Of a stretch of DNA of 64,000 nucleotides, positions 1-12,300 are shown in pieces. The position numbers and the translations under genes were made by a program. The stretch comes from Raillietiella orientalis. Its lineage: Eukaryota. How positions within the stretch are numbered: the first letter of the stretch is position 1; each line of letters begins with the position of its first letter. The stretch lies in the NCBI GenBank assembly GCA_036172245.1, contig JAYWIR010000016.1, positions 372,001-436,000 on the forward strand. The letters run 5' to 3'. A model generated the notes under the pieces. That model had not been told where the DNA came from. It did no database searches and saw only the letters and a list, made by a program, of their open reading frames with translations.

Positions 1-790
1 GACTCCGTTCCTCTTTACGGCTACCGAAGACTACGCTACCAGCTTCGGCAGATGGTTGCCTTGGCACAAGACCGGACCTCCTGCCCGCTGCCGAACCGTA
101 ATTCCTGGAAACAGGAAGCAGTTAGGCGTGGGAAAGAGTCAGCGGCAGGAGCCTGGAAGGAACGCAATGTCTGCAACATTCTAACTACGATCGCTACTCG
201 CTGAAGGAGGTTATGGGCTACTCGAGGAAGACCCTGTGGGACCAGAAAGCTCCTCTTGCTATGACCCTGTCATCCCTACGAAATAGTCAGGACAGCCACC
301 ATTCCGGAAGATGGAAAACCGCGAGATCGCAGGAAAAAAGAAGACACTGGGATGCTGGACGGCGCGTCAGCTGGCTGAGCTTCCGCCCCCACCTCCTTCC
401 CCAAAGGAATTCGTTCGGAGGATCTCCTTAGAATCCTATGAAAAGAAGTGGAGATCCTCTCGTACTGCTCCATGCTTCCCCCGAAGTGGCAGCACTCACG
501 GTTGTGACTGCCGTGCAGCGCAAGCTTTTACCATTGGACCAGGGGAACCGTGACCCCAGACTGTAAAGGTGCGCCGAAAGGGAAACCTTGCTGCATCTGC
601 TTTTGGAGTGTGTTTCCCTCTGGTGTGTCTGGGGACTTCTGACTACGTCCCTGAACTTTCTCGAAGACCACCCGAGGACATTATTCAGACATCGCTTCAT
701 GCTGTCGCCTGCCGCGGTGATCGCAGTTTTGTGCTGCGTCCGCGGAATCATGGCGGCTAAAAGTCCCGACGACACTTGCACTCTCTAGGT
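1..790 (+). mobile_element. Decayed 3' part of ORF2 of an APE-type non-LTR retrotransposon (Tx1/L1-like), interrupted by a SINE fragment at ~205-440
   Basis: ORF 588..788 (HLLLEC...AVIAVLCCVRGI) resembles HLLFEC...AVVAIICCVRA of ORF 32393..33055, the C-terminal CCHC region of LINE ORF2; stops and frameshifts present. Confidence 0.65.
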
Positions 791-1649
791 CAAAATCCGA
801 TGGAGAAATCCAAACTTGTCCACTAAATGGATGGAGACACAAATATGGTTAAGGAGTCCCCTATGTAAAGCTGTGGAACCCTCGGTGTTGTCCCCTCCAC
901 TCATCTTACTGAAGAATGCATTCAATTGTGAGGAACTGGCCACGATCCCTTCATGCAGCCGCAGGCGCGATCGACGTCTGTGCCATCTGCTGCGTATAAC
1001 TGTGTTACTACTGACTGTCCCTGAGTGGATCTGCCGCCCGCTCAACTGCTAAAGGAATCACCGAACAAGTGGATCCTCCTCCAAAGAACATTCCTTCAGA
1101 AATAGTGCTATCTCCATGACCCTTTCCCCTTTCCCAAGAGAGGACGCTCTTGCGCTAGAGTGAGACGGCATGGGATGTCCTCTCCCCTCCCCTATTCCTT
1201 GTTTCTTGGTTCTTCTGTTGACTTCTGTGTGTGCTGTTGTGCCTGATGCCGCAAGCGCTCCCGTTATTCAAAAAATTTAACTTGCGGCTGCAGGAATGCA
1301 TTCTTCGTATCCAGGAATCGACGCCCTCCGAACGGATGGAGCTGTAGGCACGGTTGACAGTCGAGAGGTCACCCTTCATGCGAGGGCTGACTCCATGTGC
1401 TCATTCTGCTGAAAGAAGAGACGCACTCCGAGGGCATAGGCTGCATCCTTCCACACATCTGCCACGGCCAACACATCTGCCACCCACTTCGCTAAACTGA
1501 AACCGAATGCACTTCATGCAGCTCCGAATGCTTAACGGCAGGAGTCCCCAGAGAGACCGACTCTCCTTCTCTCGTTTCTCCCTTCTTCCCTCCCCTTCCC
1601 CTCCTCCTCTTCCTCTTTGCCCACCCTTCCTCCTCCTTCCCTTCCACCT

Positions 1650-3480
1650 CCACCGTCTTGGAGCGGCTCCGAGTTGCAGAGTATCGCCTCTGAGAGGGAT
1701 CTCTGCGGCGAGCGGGGTCAAGGGGGAAGGTCGCCGCCGGTGAGCAACGACAGCCCTGTTCCTCCCTCAAGCGATGCCAACCCTCGGGCATCCTCCGCGC
1801 CGGCTGTGGAACCGGCCGGTTCAAATCCCCCTAGCAACGGTAATACCCACTGCTTCGCAAAACCCACTCTCAGTGACATCCTGGACGAGGCTGCTTGCCT
1901 CCCTAGTGCTCAGCGCGATACCATCCCAGACTTCATGCGGCCCTCCTTCGTTCCGAAGGATGAAGAAGACATGTGGATTCCTGCAGCGTGTGTGTGGGGG
2001 AAAGAGCCTACCGTCCCACGGGGCTTACCGGACCTATAGCTCGCTTGGTGTGAAACTCCTCGGGTGGCGAACAAAGCCACATCCAGAGTGCTCGCTGCTA
2101 TTCCGCAGAGGTGGATCGAGTCTCCCGAAATTCCCCGAGAAGATAGGAAGCCTGTGGGTTTCGTGGTCGACGCCCCTACCTGATCTCTTCGGTGCCAGTC
2201 GAGACTGCTATCTTGCTGTCGCTTCACTGAGGTCTCTCTCGGCTCGGAGAATTTCAGCATACCTTAGCGTCCAGGATCCCCGAGGAATGGACCCGCTGTA
2301 GAAAAGCGGAAAGGAACCCTTCCTCGTGTTTTCGAGGGAACACTCCAGAGGCTACAGCAGGAATGCGAACTCCTTTTGGAGGCACTTCAACCACCCAATG
2401 GTGCCTCTCAAAACATGTTTAGTACAGCGTTGACCACCCCGGGCCCGGTTACCAGTTGCCTCCTTTCTGGGGATCTTCTGCCACGGCGATGAACGAGGAA
2501 GGGCATGGCTGTGATGATTGTCATCTCGGGGATCGTTCTCAGTTGCCTCGCTCCTGCCTGGAGAGCGTTGAGATCGTCAGAATCGGAGGGAAGAAGGCCA
2601 AGTGCAGGTACAGCTCAGGACGACTGTGCGCTGGTGGAAGCGAGGAGGAAGTGCTCCACACCATCCTTGACCGGCGCTCGGTTCCCAGAATGCCCTTGGC
2701 CGCTTCCAGGACGAACGGTCTCCCCCCACCTATTCCATTCCACTCCATTCCACTCTCCTATCCTTCTCGTCAAGGGCGTCTTTCTTCCAGGGAAAATCGC
2801 ACTTCGTCTTGAGTGAGCGTCCCCGGCAAATCCAGGACGAGAAGGTCTCTCCCGCCGGACTGCTCGTTCACGTAGAAAGATGCCCAGCATCTGCCTGCTG
2901 CGTCATGATCTGATGTCACCGACATGGAGGAGAGGAGACGGCATCTTTCACCTGCCTTGGAGACAGGGGAGGCGCAGAGGAAGGTTCCCAGGAGCATGCA
3001 GGTCCGTTCTGCCGGTCCGACGGCAAGGACCTCGAGAGCATGGAGGTCCGGCGGATTTGCCTGCACGAGCTCCCTCGAAAGGGGATCAGGAATAGGTCGC
3101 TTTCTTTCTCTGGGGGACTGCGCTCCGGCACCGGGTGTGGTGCACAGGGAGCAGCATTATCACACATCCTGTGACGATTGCTGGGATCTGGAGCGGTGCG
3201 CTTCTTTTTCATTTAGAACGGCATATTCGAAAACATGATGGCGCGTCCGTGGGCCTTCTACACTGTCGTGGGCCGAACTGGAGGACTCGAGGTTTCAAGC
3301 AGGTCTTCGATGGGCATCAGGTCTGGGAGACGCTGACGTGACTCGAGGCGGAGGTCTTCACTATCTGTGACGCAGCTGCGAGCCTCCGAATTGGCGTGGA
3401 TTCCCCCTCCACCCCTCGGGGGAGGTTTCGCTCGAACATGCGGATGCAAGCGGCAGTGGCGGAGCTCCTCAGCATTCTCA
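1650..3480 (+). mobile_element. Highly decayed LINE fragment (probable ORF1 end and APE endonuclease region), with a SINE fragment at ~2275-2415
   Basis: Only degenerate APE-like motifs (e.g. KGMAVMIV resembling GVAILI); 2275-2415 resembles the SINE body. Confidence 0.35.
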
Positions 3481-5379
3481 CGAAGCGGAGGGACAGACTG
3501 CGATAGAAGAGGGACCTCCCGGGAGGCTCCCGGCACGTGGAGCAATCAGCAGGGCAGCAGAGAGTCCCTTCTTTTCCGGTCGTCGTCAGCGTGGGGTCGG
3601 AGGTGATGCCGAAGCGCGCAAGGTGCGAGGTCTCTGGATTCCTCCCACGGTGCTTTGAAACCACCGGACTGTTCCCACGGTGTTTACACTGTGCCGCCCG
3701 CGCGAGGAGACCGCACTGCATGGTTAGGGGGGAGGGGGACGCACGATTGGACGCACCATGCCATCGTTTACGACGCTGTAGCACGGCGACGCTCAAGCGG
3801 ACACAGTTGAGTGTGGACACAAGGTGGACGGCATTCGCGGGTGCCGCCGCACCACGTCGACGCTTTGTGCACACCACGACCTGCTGTCGCCACACGCATG
3901 AACGCCATGCCATGTTGATGCGGACGTGCACACCGCACCGCACCATGGTGACGCATGGCATCCGTCAGTCAATCCCGAGACACCAGGAGCGCATTTCTAG
4001 CTCTTCCCCCCTCCCCTCCCTGCTCGGAGAACAGTAGATTCCCAAGCAGCCCCGGCGCACGCGTAGCGCAGTGGCTACGGGCTCTGTACGCGTGGGTGCG
4101 CGCGCGTCCCGCAGCATCTTGAGCAAACACGAGTCTCCAGAGGCAACGTGATGCGAGGAGAATGTCTCGAAGGAGGAGGGAGGTCAGTGTATGCCTCTGC
4201 GCTTCCGCTAGCCTCAAGGGTCGCACGGGGTCCAGAGAACCCCACGTAACTGGACCGACGCTGCGAGGACGGTGGTCATAGAGACAACCTTGCAGGAGCG
4301 CGCGCGCGCGCGCCGGCCTTCGATGGACTCTCTCTGAGATGCGAGGCCGCCGATCCAACTCCCCGCCTCGAGGCGGTTTTTTGCTGGCATGGCCGGCAAG
4401 GAAAGAATCCCTGTCCCCCATCTCCCTGAAGTCTGCCGTAGACGCTCCGTCTCTCTCCGGACAATCCTTGGAGACGGAGAACCGTGAGTTCCCTCTCTCG
4501 TCGTCTGCGACCAGCCCGCGAGTGCCAGAGGGCGGCAGACGAGGAGCTCCGATCGCGGGACAAAAAAGGGGATGAAAAGCCACTACTCCCGCCGTCCCGA
4601 CTCCTCGGGGTCAGGCCGATGGAGGATGCCCTCCCCCCTCCCACTCGCAAGGCGGTGAGAGACGAGCGCCTTCCTCCTCCCCCTTCCTGCCAGGAGAAGG
4701 TAGCAACCGGGAAAGGAGGGGGGGAGAAATTCTGGGTCCTCCCTCTGAGGAAGGGGAGGTGCTAAGGCCAACATCCAGGTGCTCCCGTGAGCGACACATC
4801 CGGGGAGGTGGAAAAGGGGGCGGCCAGTCGGAAACCTCTTCCCAAAGGCGCAGAGGCAGTAGGGAGCACTCGCCTCCAGAAGGAGTTCCGCCGGGCTTCT
4901 CAGGCGTCACGTGGTCTAGCCCCGTTCGTTCTTCCCCGGCCCGCGGGGGAGGAGGAAGGGCAATCACCACTGGAGAAGAGGAGTAAGAAGGGAGAGGAAG
5001 AAGGGACGAAGGAAGCGACCTCTTTTTCCTCTCTCTTGTGCTTCCTCCTCGCCTCGAGGTCAGCACCCTGATTGTCGGGCACTCGAGCTCGCCCTGTACT
5101 CTGGGTCAGCTCACGGGCAGAAGAGCCCCGGCTCGGCTCCTCCCTTCCCTCCCGCCACGAGTAGGCAGTGCGGGGAGCGAAGGAGACGCGCGCGCCGCTA
5201 CCGCTGCTGACTCCTGTCTAGGAGGAAAAAGCGCGAGGGCATTTCGCGGGGGCAGGGAAGGCAAAAGGGGGGGGCGGGGATCGGGGGCACGCGCGCGCTG
5301 CCGAGCACAAGAGGTGGCTATGCTTCCCGGCGCCAATAAACTCGCGCGCCCCCCGGTCCGCGAGCGCATGCGTGGCCGG

Positions 5380-5582
5380 GGACGCCTCATAAGGCGGTGC
5401 CTGCCGTGCTCGGCGCGCAGTCAGACGCGGGGTGAGCGCTGGCGTGTGGTGTGGTCGCGTCTGTCCAGCCGAGGGAGGCGCGCGCGTGCAGGGCGGGAGC
5501 GCGCGTATGCCAGAGAAGGGAACGAACAAAACGAAACAAAAGGTGAAAAGAGCGAGAGAAAAGTGAAACACGGAAGCAGCGG
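5380..5582 (+). promoter_or_regulatory. Candidate core promoter and non-coding first exon of the GPCR gene
   Basis: CpG-rich island; CATAAG at 5388 lies 31 nt upstream of an Inr-like GCAGTC (A at 5419); donor CGG|GTAAGG at 5582/5583; acceptor cttctgtgcttccag ends at 6130, upstream of the ATG at 6184. Confidence 0.4.
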
Positions 5583-6183
5583 GTAAGGAGATCTTGGGAG
5601 GAGCAGGCGAGCTCGCCGATGCCCTCTTCTCCCATCGCCTACGTCTTTTCGTTGCTTGTCTTCGAGAAGATGCTCTCCGAAAACAGACTGTCACGGGCAC
5701 AAGCTCAGCCTTCGTCCCCCTCCCTCTTCTCCTGAGAAGCTGGAGACGAACGGAGGGAGAGGAGGAACTGTTCTCGCGCCCCTTCCCTCCCATCGGGGGC
5801 TCCATCGGAGCGTCTGGCTGCAAGTCGGACGCTCCCGGGCATTCCCCAAGCCCTTTCTCTTCCCGTGCCTTCCCTTCCCCCCTCCTCCGTCCATCTCTGG
5901 CGCAAGTAGTGCCGTGGAACCGAAGGGTGTGACCCGCCGCTTCCCTCCCCCTTCCCGTAGGGCACATCGTGGTCGTGGAGCGCCCTGCCCCCCTCCACTG
6001 CCATCATTTCGAGCGGCAAAAGGCCCTGCATCCCTCCTTCATGACTGTCGCCTGTCCCCCCCCCTCGTCCCTCCTCCTCACTTCCTTGGGCGCTCGTGAT
6101 GCGTGACCGCCGCCCCTTCTGTGCTTCCAGGTGACCTTGGAACGGAGGCCCCCGCCCGAGTAGCGCGCGCGGGCACACGAGAC

Positions 6184-6375
6184 ATGCTCGAGGACGACGC
6201 CGACACCGGAGACCACCCCGCGTCGCAGTGGGGCGAAGACCCCTCCACGGACGACCTGTTCCTCCAGTACCCGACCCTGCTCCTGCGGTTCGCCGGGATC
6301 AGCTGCCTGACGTTCGTCTTCCTGGGCGTCCCAGGCAATCTGGTCACCATACTTTCCTTGCTGAAAACCAAAAAG
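6184..6375 (+). CDS. GPCR coding exon 1 (N-terminus, TM1)
   Basis: ATG at 6184; MLEDD...FAGISCLTFVFLGVPGNLVTILSLLKTKK; donor AAG|GTAAGC, phase 0. Confidence 0.88.
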
Positions 6376-9300
6376 GTAAGCTCTTCGTGAGGTGCTCTTC
6401 GAGGAGGAGGAAAAGCCCCACGCCATCCGAGGAGAGCGGCTCGCCACCGACCGTGGAGTCTGAGAAGGGATAGCGCTCCTCGATATCCCCTGAAGGGAAG
6501 GGTAGGAGGCGAGCGCCTGGGGGTTCAAGGATAGGGAAGGGGGTCAGCGTGAGAGGTGGGGAGGACAAAGTAGGGAGGACGGAGAGGAACTGGCCGTGGG
6601 TGTCGTTTCTCCCAGAGTCTCTCACGAAGGGAGGGGGAGAAAGAGGAGGGGGAATAGAAAAGGAGGAGGAGGAGGAAAAAAGGGAGTACAGACGTCACGT
6701 TGAATGCGGAATGGGAGAGGAGCGGAAAGAGGGAGAGGTAGAAGAAATAGGAAGGAGATGGGGATGATCCAAGCCTCCTTGGATCCTCCTCCTTCCTTCC
6801 ATGAGTCTGCCATCTCCAGGGACGAGAGCCTACCGCGCTCTCGCACCGGGTCAAGGAAGACGCGAGTCTTCCCGGAGGACACCCGCGATGGGAGGGAGGG
6901 AGAGCCTCCGAGGACCCCTCCGGAGAGGTGATACATCCTCGGGGGGGGGGGGGGGGGGGGGCGAGATCCCGCACCAGATCGGCGGCAGCTTTCTTGCTCC
7001 TTCTCCTGGTGCTGCCGTCTTCGCTTTCCGAGATGGCTCAGTTCTCGTTCGGCGGTCTCTTCAGCCGCAGGAGACGCGCGGAAGCGGCTGCTGATGGAGA
7101 AAGGAGCTGATCCTCGCCGGCGGTCCTTCCGGAAGAGAAACTTGCAGCCACGGGAGTGTAGGTCGAAGGTTAGGGACCCTGGCCTTCGCCACCCGGTCCG
7201 CCGCTCAGTTCCTCGCCCCAGCTCCCCGCGGGCGCTTTGCCTCGAGAGCGCCTGATCTTCTGGTGCCAGCGTCGCCCTTTCGGAAGCCCGCGGTGGTCCT
7301 CCAGGCTCGCCCAACTTCGTCCGCTCGTCTTTCGCTGCGCGTGCTCTCTCCCTTTGCCAGAAGGCATCTCTCACCGAGCGAAGGGGAAGTGGGGGCGGGT
7401 GCAGTTCGTGAACGCACGCAGGACCCCGAGCGCTCGCGAACCGAGTGGCAGGCGGTTCCTGCTGGCTGCTTAGCGCTATCCCGGGGACTCTGGTTCGGGA
7501 GCTCATGTTTCCCACCGCCTGGAGACGACGCGCCTTGTCCGCCGCGGCCGCTGCCCAAACCTGCATTTCAAAATGAAATCCTTTTAAAAATGCTTCCATC
7601 GGTTAGGCGAGAAGGAATTCGCTTTGTTCCAGGGGACCTGGGCTCTCAGCCCGGGATGCTGTTTTGGAAATGCAAATTCCCGTGAAATGATTTATTGCGG
7701 ATCGCAGTTTGCATTTTCCGCTCCCCCTCTGATTTTTTTGGCGCACGGTCCAAGCGCGCGCCTCTGCACGCCGGCGAGGCGCCGCGCGCTTGACCCCGTG
7801 TTTCTCAGCAATGGTGGCCACTCACGCCTTGCGCGCCGGCGTGGGTGCCAACGCTCAATGCGTGCCGATTGCGTTCGCGGTTCTTTCTTTTTTTTTCCTT
7901 TTCCACTTGGAGCGCTTGCCGGGCAATCTCGCACCATCTGAAAGGGCGTTTCTCTGCTACCATTCGTACACGTTAAGAATTGACGGCGATTTGATGGTTT
8001 TTTATTTTCCTGTAATGGCAGAGCCCCTTCGAATGATTGTGTCTATCCATCCCGTCTGCTTTTAGTGCGCTCCATTTCGCTCTGATGCGTTGCTAGGCTC
8101 CAAGGAAATACGATTAAAGCAACAAAACATTGATTTCGCCCTAGTAGTGTACGTTGTCTATTAAGAAAAACAATTGCAAAAAAAGGAGCGTCGTGCATGC
8201 CTGGAATGAGCCAAGGCGTGACGACGCATGGAAGTCGATGTCCATTTCCTTCCTCCGTGCTCAGAGCACGCTGTCGCTTCGAGTCTGAGCTTTATCGAGC
8301 CGGAATCAAAACCTCCCTTCCTAACGAATCAAGGTCATTTCTGTGACCTTGCATGGTACTCAGCAAGTACCGAATGAATTCTGGCCGTGCAATAAAGAGT
8401 TTTTCGCACGTTTTTAAAGCGCTCTGAGTGGTTTCTTGAGAGACGTTCTGATTCGTGCGAACCTTGGCCAGGATGCTGAAGGTGAGGACACACCGGCCAG
8501 CAGTGACCAGCTGGCTGCCCTCGACGTACGGAGGAATGCAACATGCAGAGAATGGGGTCACCGGCCTTCGTTGGTTCCGAGTGACGATCGTGCTGATCCA
8601 AGCACTTCGCGGCTGAGCGGCAGCCGGGATGGGACGATCGCTGCAGCGACCGTCCCATCCCGGTCCTGTCGAGCGTCCTCTAAGGGGAAAGCGAGGGATA
8701 AGGCAAAGCAAACCGAGGAACAGCAAGGAGGAGGAGGAGGGACGCCGGATTTCGCGGATCTTCGCGTTTGAGAAGCTTCTGGCGAAGCCCTATCGATCGT
8801 GTGTCTCCGCGAGGCTTCTGGCACGGAACTAAGTGACCTGGTGCGCCCCATGCTGCTCGCGGAACACTGGCCCCGCAAGCAAGGGTGTCCCTTCCTCCTC
8901 CTCCTCCATCGCAAAACTCGCTTTTCCCGCCGCGCGAAGATCAGACCTGCTTCAGGTAGACCCAAGCACATTCTCCCGGTGTTTCACCCGGATAGGCGAC
9001 CCCGGGGTCATCCCTTCGCTCACTGGGGCCGTCGACTAGCGTCTTCCTCTGCGCGCCGGACCGCCTCGCTTTGAGTGCCACCGATCCCTCGGAAAATCTG
9101 CGGCTGCCGAAGAAGGGCAGCCGAGGCGGACTGGGCGGAGCGGTCCCCACGCAGGTGCCTTAGCAACGGTCGATCGACCTCCACCCCTGGGGAAGAGGCG
9201 GAAAGCCATGGGTACGTCCCATCCCGCGTCCCGCCTCTTCTCTGCAGCGCCCTTACGCGCGCCGCCGCCGCTCTGGAAAACCTTCCGGCGAGAACGGAGG

Positions 9301-12300
9301 CGGACAGAGGCGCGCGCGCACGGCGAGGTCACGCCCGCGGACACCCGGACGTGAAGGAGCTCCTTTTCGTGCTTCTCAAACCCACGAAAAGTCCTCCCTC
9401 CGCAGATCAACCTTTTCCGGCGGGTCAAGGCAGGGGAGACCTTGGAAACAAGGAGCGAGAACCGTTCTGCCGGTCACGTGGCAACGGAGAACGCGCGCGC
9501 GCGCAAGGACGGAGTGCTGCACCGAAACCTCCCTGGGAGTGCTTTAGCCGCATCCCTTCCCTCTTTCATCTTGCCCAAGCTCCCGACTGAGCCTCCCTCT
9601 CCCGGCTGGGGGAGCCACGCGCGCGCGATCTTGGCACCCGCCAATGACCCTGCAGGAAGGTCGCAAGGTTGCCGACCGGCAGAAATGATGCTTCCTTCTC
9701 CGGAACAGAGATCTGGGAACTTTCAGGTCGCGAGCGCATGTCTCCCCCCCCCCCCCCGCCCTCATCCCCAGAGCTTTCGACCGCCCGCTGTGGTGGACGG
9801 TCGTAGGTCTCGCCGGGAGCACTGGACGATAGGTGGGGAGGCGGTATCCCTGGAGACGTGGGGCACTCCAAGGATACCATTCTCGTGAGGGGAGAGGGAG
9901 GAGAGGGGTAAGCAGACGAAGGAGCAGGGTAGGCGGCACGCGTGCGTCGATGCGTCTCCACCTAAACAACCCTACCTGGGGAAGGGGGAGGAGGAAGGAG
10001 AGGGTGTGGTTCATCTTTTTTTCATCTGCGAGCGCGTCGCTTCCCACGGCTAACGAACGGCGGGCCCATTGTTTCCGGACTGCCTCCCTCTCCCGCGCTC
10101 CCCCCTCTCGGAGAGGGAGTCGAAATCGAAGGGACGCCTCCCTGAGGCGCCGGAGAGAAGGGTCAGCACTGACCAGGAGGACCGGAGTGGGAGGTGTGAG
10201 GCACTCGGGAAGGCAAGGAGGGGAGGAGAGCGGCGGGGAAGGGGAAAAGGGGGATCGGAGGGGAAGGGAGCGACCCTCGATGCCCCGGCTGGCGGTTGCC
10301 AAGGGCGGCAGCGACGAGACTGAGGCGCTCCCAGCTTGCAGACCTTTCCTCTCTTTCACCGAGATGCTCCTCCCGCAGGCGAACGGGAGGACAGAGGTCG
10401 AGGGGAAAAACATCTACCGTATCCGCCCCTTACCAAGGCGCAGCGGCGCCCCTTGAGCGGGTCACTTCCCGTGCGGGGTTATATCTGGAGGTGGGGCACG
10501 ACGAACGGGGTGGGATGGTGTGTGTATGTGTGGAGGGGGAGGAAGGAAGGAATTCATGATCGATGAGTGGGTGCGAAGAGGAGTCGACGGGTTTCGACAA
10601 TCCTCGGGAGTCGTGCGAATGCCCACCCCTTGCTTCAGGGTCCACTTGGAGGTGGGTCCAGGCAAACTGCTCGCCGGACTTGCGGACGTCGGAAGGATGG
10701 CACGGTCTCGCGGGTCTGCTGCGAGCTGGGGCCACAGAGGTCTCCGGTTCCGGGAGGAAAGGGGATGGGAGAGATAGATCCCTTCTCCCCCGTGTGGCAA
10801 TCTCTTCGCTCCCGCGTGGCCGCTCCAACTCTGTTCCTCCCGGCTGCGGCACAAACCTCGTCCTTGCAGGTTGGGCGACCCTCTCTCAGACCTTCTCTCG
10901 GAGTGGGCACTTGCTGTCGGAGCCGTGGGCGTGGCTGACACTCTACTGCCTTGATTCCTCCGCGGTCTTGCGTCCTCTCGAGAGGGACCTTTCCGAGGTG
11001 GCGCACGGGCCACACCACCCGTTCCACCGTCCTCGCGCGCTACGGGTAGGCGAAGCGGTGGGGAGTTACTGTCTCCCTCCCACTCCCAGCAGGAAGGGTT
11101 CATCTCACCCAGAGGGGGTCGAAAGTCTTCGTTCTGCTAAAGCTGCCCAGTGGCGGGAGGATAGCGCCTTCAGGGAAATGCAGCTGAGGGCGCTCGATGG
11201 ACCGGTTTGTGTCCTGTCCGCCTCAGTGCCCTAGGTCTTCTCTCCGCAAAAACTGAGGTCAGGAGAGTGAAAACTGGGGGAAACAGCGTACTGAGGAGGT
11301 CGCGCAAATCTTCCTGGATCCTCCTCTTCGGTTCTGGTTGTAGTGTCCGGCGGCATTGGAATGAGGTGAGGGGGTGACTCTCTCACAGTTGCATCTCTCC
11401 GCCTTCCTTCGCAGCGGGGCACCAGAGGCATTCGTGCCCTCAGACTAGCATCCTCGTGGTGCCTACCCAGACTGCCTGCGGGAGTGTCTTCATCCAGTGG
11501 TGGAGGAGGAGGGGGGTTGAATCCTTCATGAATCGCTCCGGAGAATTCCGGAGGTGGCGCATCCCGACTCCAGGTGGCAAGCCGCCGCGCCGCTACCCCT
11601 TTCCGGCTCCCCGAATCGCCTCCGCTTCGGCGACAGCGTCCCAGTAAAAGTTTCTTTCCTCCCGCGAGGCGAGGGCTCCCGGGTATGCCTTTACTTTCTC
11701 TTGGATGGTTCTCGATCTTTCGGAGGTTCGTCACCCCGCGTGCCGAAGCGAGAGGAGGGGAAAGACCACGTTCCCCAAGGGAAGGGGGGAGGGGGAAGCT
11801 CTCGATCCTCAACCACAGATGCAGCTTTTTTTTCAGCTGAGGAACGCAACCACGGCCTTCATCATCAACCTGAGCGCCAGCGACCTTCTCTCCTGCTGCT
11901 TCAACTTACCTCTCGCGTCATCCCAGTTCCTGCAGAGGAAGTGGGTGCATGGCGACCTACTCTGTTTCATCTTCCCCATCATGCGGTATGGACTTCTGGC
12001 TGTCAGCGTGTTCAGCGTCTCGGCCATTACCATCAACCGTTACGTGAAGATCCGCTACCCCCAGAGCTACGACAGGTACGGATCGAGGTCTTCCCCCCGT
12101 GGGAGGGCTGGCGTCCGCGATATCGCCGCAGCGCCGCCTGCCTAAGGAACCACGCCCACGCACGCGCGCGCGCCCACGCATGCACGCGCTCGCGAGATCG
12201 GAGGGCTAAAATAGCACAGCAGTCCTGGACCACTTCCGACAAGTCACAGAGCGTCTGTTTGCGCCCCCGATCTCGGAGCGATCGAGCGATAACAGGAGCT

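Noticed and set aside
6622..7599. 325-aa minus-strand ORF and the many similar Arg/Pro/Gly-rich ORFs
   Set aside because: No recognisable domains; long open frames are expected by chance at this GC content
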